A stretch of 64,000 nucleotides of DNA from Octopus sinensis. Lineage: Eukaryota. The stretch is from assembly GCF_006345805.1 (NCBI RefSeq), contig NC_043008.1, positions 45,818,001-45,882,000 on the forward strand, read 5' to 3'. This document shows, piece after piece, positions 54,001-64,000 of this stretch (positions are counted from its first letter, which is position 1; each line of letters begins with the position of its first letter). The notes under the pieces were generated by a model. The model was not told the DNA's origin. It searched no databases and saw only the letters and a list, made by a program, of their open reading frames with translations. A program made the position numbers and the translations under genes.

Positions 54001-55081
54001 TAAAAGACTCTGTTGATATTAAAACTGTAAAATGACTCACATTAATTGAAAACGCTAAGTCTCATTTTTGAATGAAATCGATACTTAAATAATATTCCAG
54101 CAGTTTTAATTGGACCTATGACATAATTGGACCTACAGTTTAATGAATTTTTCAATTAAGAAACTAAATAACATTGTGATGACTAAATATTGCATTTCTT
54201 AGAAAACTATTAATAGCATTGCAACATTTCGCTTTAAATTTCACTGATCAACATTAGTATTTAATATATTAACAATCAAATATAAATTCTGCAGAAAGAG
54301 AAAACAATAATTAGAATCAAAATGTTAGAATTAGTTTCCCAATTTATAAATGCCAACTTCCATTCGTTGTCACAAAATATCACATTATATGCTGTAATTA
54401 ACAGGTCTGTAATTAGCTACACCATAAATTATTCAGCAGTGTATATTTCGCTTAATTCAAGGAATATTTCGTTTCAGTTTACTCCTCCATTACACTAAAA
54501 CAGACACACCTCCCCACTAATACAACTAGAAAAGTATAACCATCCATTAGTGTTATGCCTACTTACAAATAGACTCAGATAATTCCGAGTTAAACAATCT
54601 TTTTCTTTTCACAAGTCGATAATTAAATTTTTTCTATAAGACACAATAATTTATTTTATGAATTGTTGTCGTTTATGGATAATTACATCGGTGTATGTAC
54701 TTTTACACATCTTCTATTTATGGAAATAGACGTTTTTCGCAATTCCCAGAAGATTAATTTCATTCCTAACAAATAACCATAAATTATGCATTAATTTTAT
54801 TGCTCAAACAACAAGCACTACGTCATTTAATTCCAACGCATCACACTGAATATTGATATTCTCTAACATATTTTTCATATTAAAAGTAATACAGAAAGAA
54901 AATTTATCTCGCGATAAATTGTACCATGAGATGTTTAGATGTACAAAAACGTGGATATTTTGACGGTCGTTCTACCTGCTACACATCACATACAAATCTC
55001 CTTCAAGTCACATTCTCCAATCTTAAAAAAGGAAGGAGATATACATTTGATGAAAACGCAAGACGATCACAGAATGATATA

Positions 55082-55567
55082 CAGTTGCGGTCAAAATGTT
55101 CAGAACGGCATTGTTTTCGTCAGAAAAGTAGGTTTGAATTTTTATCAAAGTTGTTTTATATTCTATAATTTTCACAGACAATATTAATTGTTTATTGTCT
55201 GAGATTTTGGTGTAATTTGAGAGGATAATACAAAAGTTATGGATGATTTAGTGATTTACTGCAAAACCCATGGCGGCCAAAATGATCAGAACGGTTGCTT
55301 TTACTCCATGTTTTAGTATATTTAACCGGCGAACTCTAATGTTTTGAATTTGTTTACGTGACGGTTCGTTTACTAAACATTAGTAAGAATATTTGCAGTG
55401 TACTTTGTTAATATATTGCCACTTACTCCGTTACCAATTCGTCAGCAGATTATTAAGCTTCGAAGGAAGGATAATTTAAGTATTGGATCTATTGCAAAAA
55501 TTGTTAAAAAATTATATCTACTTTTCTGACGAAAACAATGCCGTTCTGAACATTTTGGCCGCAACTG
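55082..55567. mobile_element. Non-autonomous Tc1-like element with 50-bp TIRs and TA target duplication
   Basis: TA|CAGTTGCGGTCAAAATGTTCAGAACGG... and its inverse ...GGCCGCAACTG|TA; TIRs are 49/50 identical. Confidence 0.92.
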
Positions 55568-58379
55568 TACATATATTTCAGCATGATCAAAATGAAGCTG
55601 CAAGAAGAAAATAGCAATTCACTTATGGCTATATAAAATTGTAGTTTTTACAAAGTTTTCTTTTGAATATTTGCCTGAGTCTCTCATGACAAATATGGCG
55701 CCGAAACCAACTGAATTGTCATGCCGCGATAAAACGACATATTTTGTAGAATTTTCTTCATCACAAATAACTTCTTTTTTATTTTGTAAATATTTTTTAC
55801 TCGATACATGAGGTTTATATGCGAGATGTATCTGAAATGCAGAAAATTCGTTCTAGAATTTGTATTTCCTTATATTTGTATTTCCTTATCTTACTAAAGT
55901 TTTCATTTATCAACGCTTTCAACTGAACGATAATATATTATGTGCAGCCATCTTGGTTTCCGAGTACAACATTATATTATAGTATAGTTATTTCGAAAAT
56001 ATCAATAATGCACACTGCTCTAATGTGCTCTTAGGCATCCTCTATATTGAGGATAAAAAAAGAAACGATATAATGCCACCAAATAGATAGAAACGATATA
56101 ATGCCACCAAATTTAACAATTATGACCCTACGCTTCGACAGAAATTGCTCTGTATAACAGGATATATTACATGGATACATTTTCTTTTAAATATTATTTC
56201 TCATCCAAAAATGTGTGTGTTCATCTGCAACTGTTAGTTGTTTGAAAGTTTGTATATTTCTACTCGAATACTTAATGGCATATAGGTCGGTAATAGTTCC
56301 TGTCGTTAAGTGGAAAGAAGTAAATCTAAGAGTACCAGTATATTTGACATAAGATCCAAAATTGATGTTGCTGCTACTCCTGTTAGCTCGGTAAAAATAT
56401 GTGTTGTTCATATATTTTGCTGATCAAATCCAAACCAAGTTACTTGCAGTTAGGACTTACTATATGATAATTTAACCATAGGATATCTCATGTCATTTCA
56501 TTTCTACTGAGTTGAAGGCTATTAGTGCACACATTTATCTAACATAAAGACAGACGTTTTGCATGGCAACAGTTTTCTGAGAGTTTTGTTAATAAGATGA
56601 ATAGTGGTAGTAAACGTCATAAAAACAAACATTGTGTATCGTCATCGAGAATCCCTGGTAGAAGTTTCTGATGATTTCCTACATAGATTCTTGAGTGTAC
56701 ATAGCCTTATTCCTATCTTCATTTATTTGCAATAATCATTTCAGAGATCCAGATACATATTTAACTGTAAACGTCGTTGCGTATAATAACTGAATATTCA
56801 TATTTCTCAGCCGTTTTATTTTCTGATATGTATTTCGAATTACTAATATTAACGTTGAAGATGAAGTTTCATACAAGCATTTGACTTGCACCAAAACATG
56901 TTATACCCAAAGTGTTTGTATGAAAACATAGAAGTACGTGAAAAATGAGAATTCACCGCAATAGTTGTTCGGTTTTATTTAGCGAAATCTAAGTTGCAAT
57001 GTTACTTCTAAGCATATTTCTTTCATAGCTGCACATACTGTGGATTCTATAGCGTATACTGGCGATGGGTGTAACGATTTTATTTATAAAGTCCCACTAA
57101 TATAGCCAACCATATTTTGTTAAAACAACCAACAATAGATTCCGACGTAATCATGTTCTTCGAATAATGGAACTCTTTTTCTTATAGTTAACTATATTTT
57201 CGATATACAGTTATGAGTCATATGCAGTTGTTTGAATCCCGCTGTTTCTATCTAATTTCTTTGTAACCATCTGATTGTAACTTATTTGATATTGAAAACT
57301 ATTCATCAATCTTCATTTTTCTTATGTATCAATGAATGATGAATGTTTTAAACTAAACTTGATAATAGAAAGTTACAGCATTTTCAATCAATACCATTTC
57401 TTCACACCTGTCAATAACAATATCAGTAATTTAAAAGTCTACAGCTGACAAATCTATAAAAATAAACGTGAATATATTTTAATTACATTGACAGAATAAT
57501 ATATTGTGTGGGTTTTTTTTCCCATATCAATAAAATAGAGAAAATTCTAATCGAATATACAAATGCAGATTATTATGGTTATGATGATCATAAGAAAAAA
57601 CCCAATAATAATAGCCATACTAAACTGAACACTAACAAATATGCGTTGCCACTGTAACACAATTTTTTGTGAGGAAATATTCATGTGTCAGTAAATTAGT
57701 GCTGCATGTGTATAGAGTTGTGTGAATATATGTGTGTATAGAATTTAATTCGCAGCTACCTTTACATTTGATCCCGATTTCTATTTAATCGTAGTCTTTT
57801 TCTAAGACTGTCAGCTTTCAATGGCACTGGCTTATCTTCCTTGCTATACGTATGTCATTCTGGGATTTGGATTGCAAAAGTCTTTATGCACACACAAGGA
57901 GACATGCGCACAAACAAACAAAAGAAGACGCAGCTAGGATAACGTTGCAAGATGCAAAGAAAATTTGAGAACTTAACCGGTGATTCTGTTACATGATAAG
58001 GCACTAAAAGAGAATGATTCTCCCGACACAACAAAATATATGTCTATATGTGTGTGTGTTTGTGTGTTTATGTAAATGTAAAAAAATATACATACGTTTA
58101 CATGTAAAAAGATCCGAATTACACAGAATAGAAATTATATAAGGAGTTAAAGGGTTGGAATAAGAGATTTAAGAGTCCAAGTGCTGTTTCAGGGACGTTT
58201 GGTCTGTCCAAAATAATGATTGCCACTCGGACCTTTTTATATGTAAACATTTGTACACATTTTTATATCAAATCTCTTTCAAATATTTTATATATCAACA
58301 TGTCTAACTAGCCTATCCTTGCATTTACTTATTTGCCTGTTCAAGTTTCAATCACTTGAGCACTACAAAGTATTCGGGT

Positions 58380-58830
58380 TTTTTGAGAATATCTGTATCT
58401 CATCTATAAATATTTGCCAAGGTCTAAGGTTGTATGACAGAACTTTGGATAGTTGAGGGTCCTCAAAGCTTAAGTCGTTACTGTGCTGGGTTCTTATTCT
58501 AGATGGAGACAGTGCAAACTTTGGTACTATGCAATGCGGTCCTTATTGGGAGTTGGTTTATCATCCAGTGCCTATATTGGGCGTTTAACAGTCCATAATG
58601 TTTCTTATGTATATCCTTGCGTATCTTTCGCGTAGTCTCTCTAGGGATTTGATCTTCAGGTAGTTTAGCTTCTCCCAGTGGCTCATCTTGTCGTACTGTA
58701 GTGCACTGAGTTCTGCTGAGAGTCTGTCGTTCTGCAGTGACCACGATTAGTTCCCGCAATCCAAATGACTGAGAAAGAATTGTCCTCCGTGGGAGTAGCT
58801 TGGCATTCTTTCTCATGATTTTGGATTATC
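58380..58830 (-). mobile_element. CR1/L2-group LINE 3' fragment
   Basis: HWEKLNYLKIKSLERLRERYARIY and VPKFALSPSRIRTQHSNDLSFEDPQL resemble the C-terminal YWERL..L.LYSLERRR motif. Confidence 0.65.
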
Positions 58831-58863
58831 TCAGATTATATCAATATAGTGTATATATAGAGA

Positions 58864-59062
58864 CACAAGGCCAGTAATTTCGAGGAAGGGATAAATCGAA
58901 TACATCGACACCAGTATTCAACTGGTATTTATTTATCGACCCCGCGTGGATAAAAGGAAAAGTCAACCTTCGCAGAAATTTAACTCAAAATGAAGAGACG
59001 GAATAAACGCAGCTAAGCATTTTGCCTAGCCTGATAACTATTTTGCCAGCTCGCTGCCTTAT
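58864..59062 (-). mobile_element. tRNA-SINE copy
   Basis: Reverse-complement homology to 24661-24893; ends gccagctcgctgcctta. Confidence 0.8.
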
Positions 59063-59064
59063 TT

Positions 59065-59117
<53 letters not shown>

Positions 59118-59118
<1 letters not shown>

Positions 59119-59358
59119 CAAGGATGTCCAGGTATCAGTGCATTACGGTCTAAATTGTAATAGTCTTTTGTTATACATTTTTGTCCCTTGATTCATTCTT
59201 CCACAAAAAATAATTGATCATCATTTATGTGGGAAATCAATATGATCGTCTGGGTCCAAGTTGAGCTGTTTATCTCAGATTGATGTAATGTTAGCATTGA
59301 TCGTTTAGATGGAGTCGCTTGAAACGGCCGTAATGCACTGATTCCTGGACACCCTTTT
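59118..59358. mobile_element. Small mariner-type MITE with about 30-bp TIRs
   Basis: aggatgtccaggtatcagtgcattacggtc (59121-59150) versus ggccgtaatgcactgattcctggacaccct (59326-59355); TA nearby on both sides. Confidence 0.78.
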
Positions 59359-59506
59359 TACTTATTTGCTTTTATTCACCTAACTTCGATCTGCGTGGGC
59401 CATACTGAACTGGCTTGGTGTCTCAATATAAGTACCTAATTCAACTGAATCTTAAATATTTCTTATATATATATACATATATATACATACACACACACAC
59501 ACATAT

Positions 59507-59551
<45 letters not shown>

Positions 59552-59568
59552 AATATATATATATACAT

Positions 59569-59620
<52 letters not shown>

Positions 59621-59885
59621 ATGTATGTACGTATGCATATAATTTGAATAATGTGGAGAAACGAATTTCCAAATCAATCAGGTACACACCTTTGCCATTT
59701 CATGCGTTTTAATATGGAGAATATATACCGCGTATTACCCATCAGCATATCGTGCAGTGAGGTCAGGATTATAATATATTTATACAGAATTATACAAAAT
59801 ATATAATAATAAAAATTAATAATAGCTCATTTCGTTTTGGGATTTGGTTTGCAAGATTCTTTATATGAGCTTGTGTGTTGAAGCA

Positions 59886-60137
59886 TATTCTGTTGTGTCT
59901 GGGGAGAGTCATTTTATTTTTGTGCCTTATTATTCAACACACTCACCGGTAAAATTTCCACTTTTTTTCTTATTTTTATTGTCCTAAAAATTTCGTTGCG
60001 TCTTGCAACATTTTCAGTAAGAGACAACGAACATTTTAGGACAATATACATAAGAAAAAAAGTGGAAATGTTACCGGTGAGTGTGTGGAATAATAAGGCA
60101 GAAAAAGAAAATGACTCTCCCCAGACACAACAGAATA
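59886..60137. repeat. Long near-perfect palindrome: 119-bp arms, 14-nt loop
   Basis: 59886-60004 versus the reverse complement of 60019-60137: about 10 mismatches, no gaps. Confidence 0.95.
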
Positions 60138-61202
60138 ATAGTTCAGTTATTGTGATTTTCAGTCAATAGATTTGTGGGCATGCCATTTCAGATAATGCGA
60201 AAGGAACATAATGAGTATTTATGATGGAAAACTCGTGGTATTTGTATGCACATCTAGAAATAATACATAAGGATAAAACCAGTACAATAGCTGGGTATAC
60301 TACCTTAATTAGTACTTACTTGAGTTGAAATTATAATTAGAAAGGAATTACACGTGTTTCTCCATTAGAAGATCATAATATATGTAATCATCAGATTTAT
60401 AATTATATATTTCAAATGCTCTTATAACAAGAATGTTGTCGCTATTATGAAACTAATTACATTTAAATGAGCTTGTGCTTCTGTTAGACTTTATTGCGTT
60501 TTATTTAAGACAGTTTGAAATTATATTTTGTAATTTATTCAATTTTCTGTGTATTTGTTTCGTATTTAACTTCCCTTCAGTTAATATTTTACTCACAAAT
60601 TCTTCCGGCTGATGGTTCATTGCGTTGGTTGAACAACTGAATACTCATACAGGAATTCCACCAAGCAACACAAACTCATATTCGCACACTTATATGCTGA
60701 AACACACACACAAGCATATATATATATATATGTTTTAAGAATGTGAGCATATATTTGTCTGCATATATGTTTGTGTGCGTTCATGTATGAACAAACGTAT
60801 ATTCCCGATCACTAACTCATAATCATTAAAAACTCCATGGTCTCTATTTTAAAACTGACATAGAATTGCTATTTGCGTATTAGTGTGTCGACGTTTGTGA
60901 GATTAAAGAATCATTTGACGGTCGACTAAGAGACTTCCTTATATTTCATGACGTTCTCAGTTCACCTAGCCATAAACATTTCCTTCCATATTTCTAAATG
61001 AGGTAAGAGGTACCAATAAAGTGTTTTTCTTTTTATCTGATTCGATTGAACATCTGCTAATTTCCCAATTTGCATTCTCGTTGAACTATATTTTCAGATG
61101 AAATGATATTCTCTTGGAATTGCTAAAATTTTCCTATGTTCGTTCTATAATATTTATAAACCAAGTATTCGTAAATGTAAATTTGTTTTGAAATATATAT
61201 AA

Positions 61203-61249
<47 letters not shown>

Positions 61250-61718
61250 TGTTTCTGTCAGTGTGTGGATGTGTGTGTATGTGTCTGTGTATGTGTGTAT
61301 GTGTGTCTACGTTTACGTTTAATATTTTCCGATTCCATAAATATATATAGTTACATGTCTTCATGTGATTACTTATTTATAAAATACGTTATTTTAAAAT
61401 TAATTTTATCATTTTCCACCAAATATTCATAACCTCAGTAACTAAATTTAATCCTCTATTATAGATTAATATTTGTTCAGCAGCCACACCACTGCTTCTA
61501 GTGAAAGCCTCTGTGCAAAATGGCTCTCTCAACGTTTCAAATACATTTGCATTTTAACATAATAGCAATATTTTCTTCAATGATTTTTTTTCGTAACAAA
61601 AGTTATTTTTTAACCATTGTACTACAATACTCCAATTTTTCTACAAATACAGTGTATGGACATCTCTCTCCCCCCCTCTCTCTCTCTGTCTATCTATCTA
61701 TCTATCTACACACACGCA

Positions 61719-61756
<38 letters not shown>

Positions 61757-62828
61757 CGCATATATATATATATATATATATACATACGTATATCGCACGC
61801 ATTATTAAATCATTTCATATTCACCGGGATTCTGAGTCTGCTACTTAATTCTTATATAATTTTGTCTCAAATGCACGATCATTTCTAGTAAAACTGTGAG
61901 AACGCCCATTTCAGAATCTTCTGATGTATTAATTAAAACTAATTCCGATTTCCATTATCCTGTTATCTTCTTGTACCTTAATGAAATATAAGACATTTTT
62001 TGTGATCATTTAATATCTTTTATATTCGTATACGATTTTTTCAAAATTAATATACGTGAATTCGTATTAGCATTTACTAATCTTGAAATGTACATATATA
62101 CATATATACATATATACATACATACGTACGTACGTACATGCATACATAGATACATACAGACATACACACATACATACATACATACATACATACATACAGA
62201 CATACAGACATACATACAGGCATACATACATACATACAGGCATACATACATACATACACACATACATACAGGGCAAATTTTAAACTGTCCAAAATTTTTA
62301 GCTCTTATTTTCACGCCATCAGCAGCATAGTCACTATTATCGTCATTTTCATCTTTTGATCAATTTATTTCACAAAGATTGAATGTCAGTTCTTGTAGCC
62401 ATGTTCGTTAGAAGCAACATAAAATGGAAGTGGGTTGTTGCTGCTTAAATGATTTTAATTTAAATATGAAAGTCGGGAAACATGAGATTGATCAAAGTGC
62501 TAATTGCATCAGTTGACATTTAATGCAGCATTGATCTAAAGTCAAACCGAAGCGTAGAAAACATTACATGGACTTTAGTGGAGGTAAAAGAAAAAAAATA
62601 ATGTTTTAGTGAAGTGGAAGTAAAACTCATAAGTTCAGTAACTGAGAGATTTAAAGATTTTTCCTTAATTAGATCTAACGCAGTTTTAATACCACAACAT
62701 GCAGTGACCGCTGGATTAGCACAATATTTAGAATGTCAGATAATATTTCTTGCTGTGTATAGTTGCTGACTTTTTTTCATTTCCGAGATCAAATGCCGCA
62801 ATATTAAATGATGAGCATGTTCATAATG

Positions 62829-62898
<70 letters not shown>

Positions 62899-62924
62899 TG
62901 ATGATACTAATAATAATAATAATA

Positions 62925-62956
<32 letters not shown>

Positions 62957-62967
62957 AATAATAATAA

Positions 62968-63098
62968 CTGACCCCAGTACTCAACTGGTACTTAATTTAT
63001 CGAACCCGAATGGATGAAAGTTAAAGTCTCCCTCGGTGGAATTTGAACTCAGAACGTAGCGACAGTCGGCTAACGATTCTACCAGTTTTCCGCCTTAA
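62968..63098 (-). mobile_element. Partial tRNA-SINE copy between (AAT)n arrays
   Basis: Contains ggaatttgaactcagaacgtag and ttctaccagttttccgcctta, the reverse complement of the SINE head. Confidence 0.78.
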
Positions 63099-63117
63099 TA
63101 ATAATAATAATAATAAC

Positions 63118-63207
<90 letters not shown>

Positions 63208-63766
63208 TTTATGCCCTGATGCAGTACCAGGCAGTGGCTCTCATGGCTTCTGATCTTAACTGATTGGAAGTGTTATCATGTACATTGTTTTGTCTTGGTA
63301 TAAAAGATGGGCTACAGCAAATATTCTGCTCAATACCACAGATTTGCTTGTCAGTTGTTTGACCTTAACCAGTTGAGCATGTCCCTTAGTGGCTGACGAT
63401 ATGTGCATCTCTGATCACGAGCAGAAGTAGTGGGGGAGCATCATAGCCATGTGTTGAGAGGGATTCTTTGGGGTTTGAATAGTTTACCTCTGGAAACATG
63501 GGTGGTTCTTTCAACATCCTTAAGCAACCCTTATTCAGGGACCGTTTGAGCGGGATGGGCTACTCAACCTGAAGAAAATTCTAACTGGGCCCCACCTGCA
63601 AGGTCATGTGCTGTTTATCTTGATATGAGATCACCATGTCGCGCACATATGGTTGTGATGCATGTGCCTGGTGTACCTTTATCAGACGGGTAGTCATGAT
63701 GGGTATATTGGGCTTCGTATATTTTACCCCAGTGTCACTTTGATGGCATGAACTGCTCTCTCACTC
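63208..63766 (+). mobile_element. 559-bp non-coding interspersed element in a (TAA)n array (copy B)
   Basis: About 99% identical to the reverse complement of 29546-30104; (AAT)n on both flanks. Confidence 0.85.
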
Positions 63767-63822
<56 letters not shown>

Positions 63823-64000
63823 TAATAATGATAATAATAATAATGTATATTCGTGTCATCGTTTTTCATTCGATATTACAGAATGCAGTATTGAGTGAAA
63901 ACTGTGTCAGATTGATTAAGAGACAATGGTTCGTAACATTAATGTACATCACATATTTACGAAGACTGCCACTGTGTCTCTGGGGGTGATAAAACAAGTA

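Noticed and set aside
63208-63305. HDV-like ribozyme at the start of the 559-bp element (P2-like and P3/L3-like pairings visible)
   Set aside because: No P1 complement and no catalytic C in a J4/2 position could be placed.

Overview
Eukaryotic, AT-rich, microsatellite-dense genomic DNA. The SINE, MITE and microsatellite repertoire resembles what I recall from Octopus, but the taxon is an inference. Most ORFs in the supplied track are translations of simple repeats and are not genes. The only host coding sequence I can identify is a 3'-terminal exon of a cationic amino acid transporter (SLC7A/CAT family) at 5507-5634 (+), so positions 1-5506 are probably its last intron. The rest is a transposon landscape: Penelope-like elements (PLEs); three Tx1-like L1-clade LINE copies; R4/Dong, RTE and CR1/L2-type LINE fragments; mariner/Tc1 remnants and MITEs; many tRNA-derived SINEs; several long foldback hairpins; a 984-bp tandem duplication; and a young 559-bp element present twice inside (TAA)n arrays. 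The most interesting signals are: (i) minimal hammerhead-ribozyme-like folds with a non-canonical core in PLE terminal repeats, one lying sense within the transporter intron; (ii) a SINE 3' tail matching the 3' end of a Tx1-like LINE; (iii) a (TAA)n-targeted non-autonomous element; (iv) a near-identical tract shared by two otherwise diverged LINE copies; (v) a long-TIR foldback enclosing a Penelope RT fragment. Identities were counted by eye and no database search was run.
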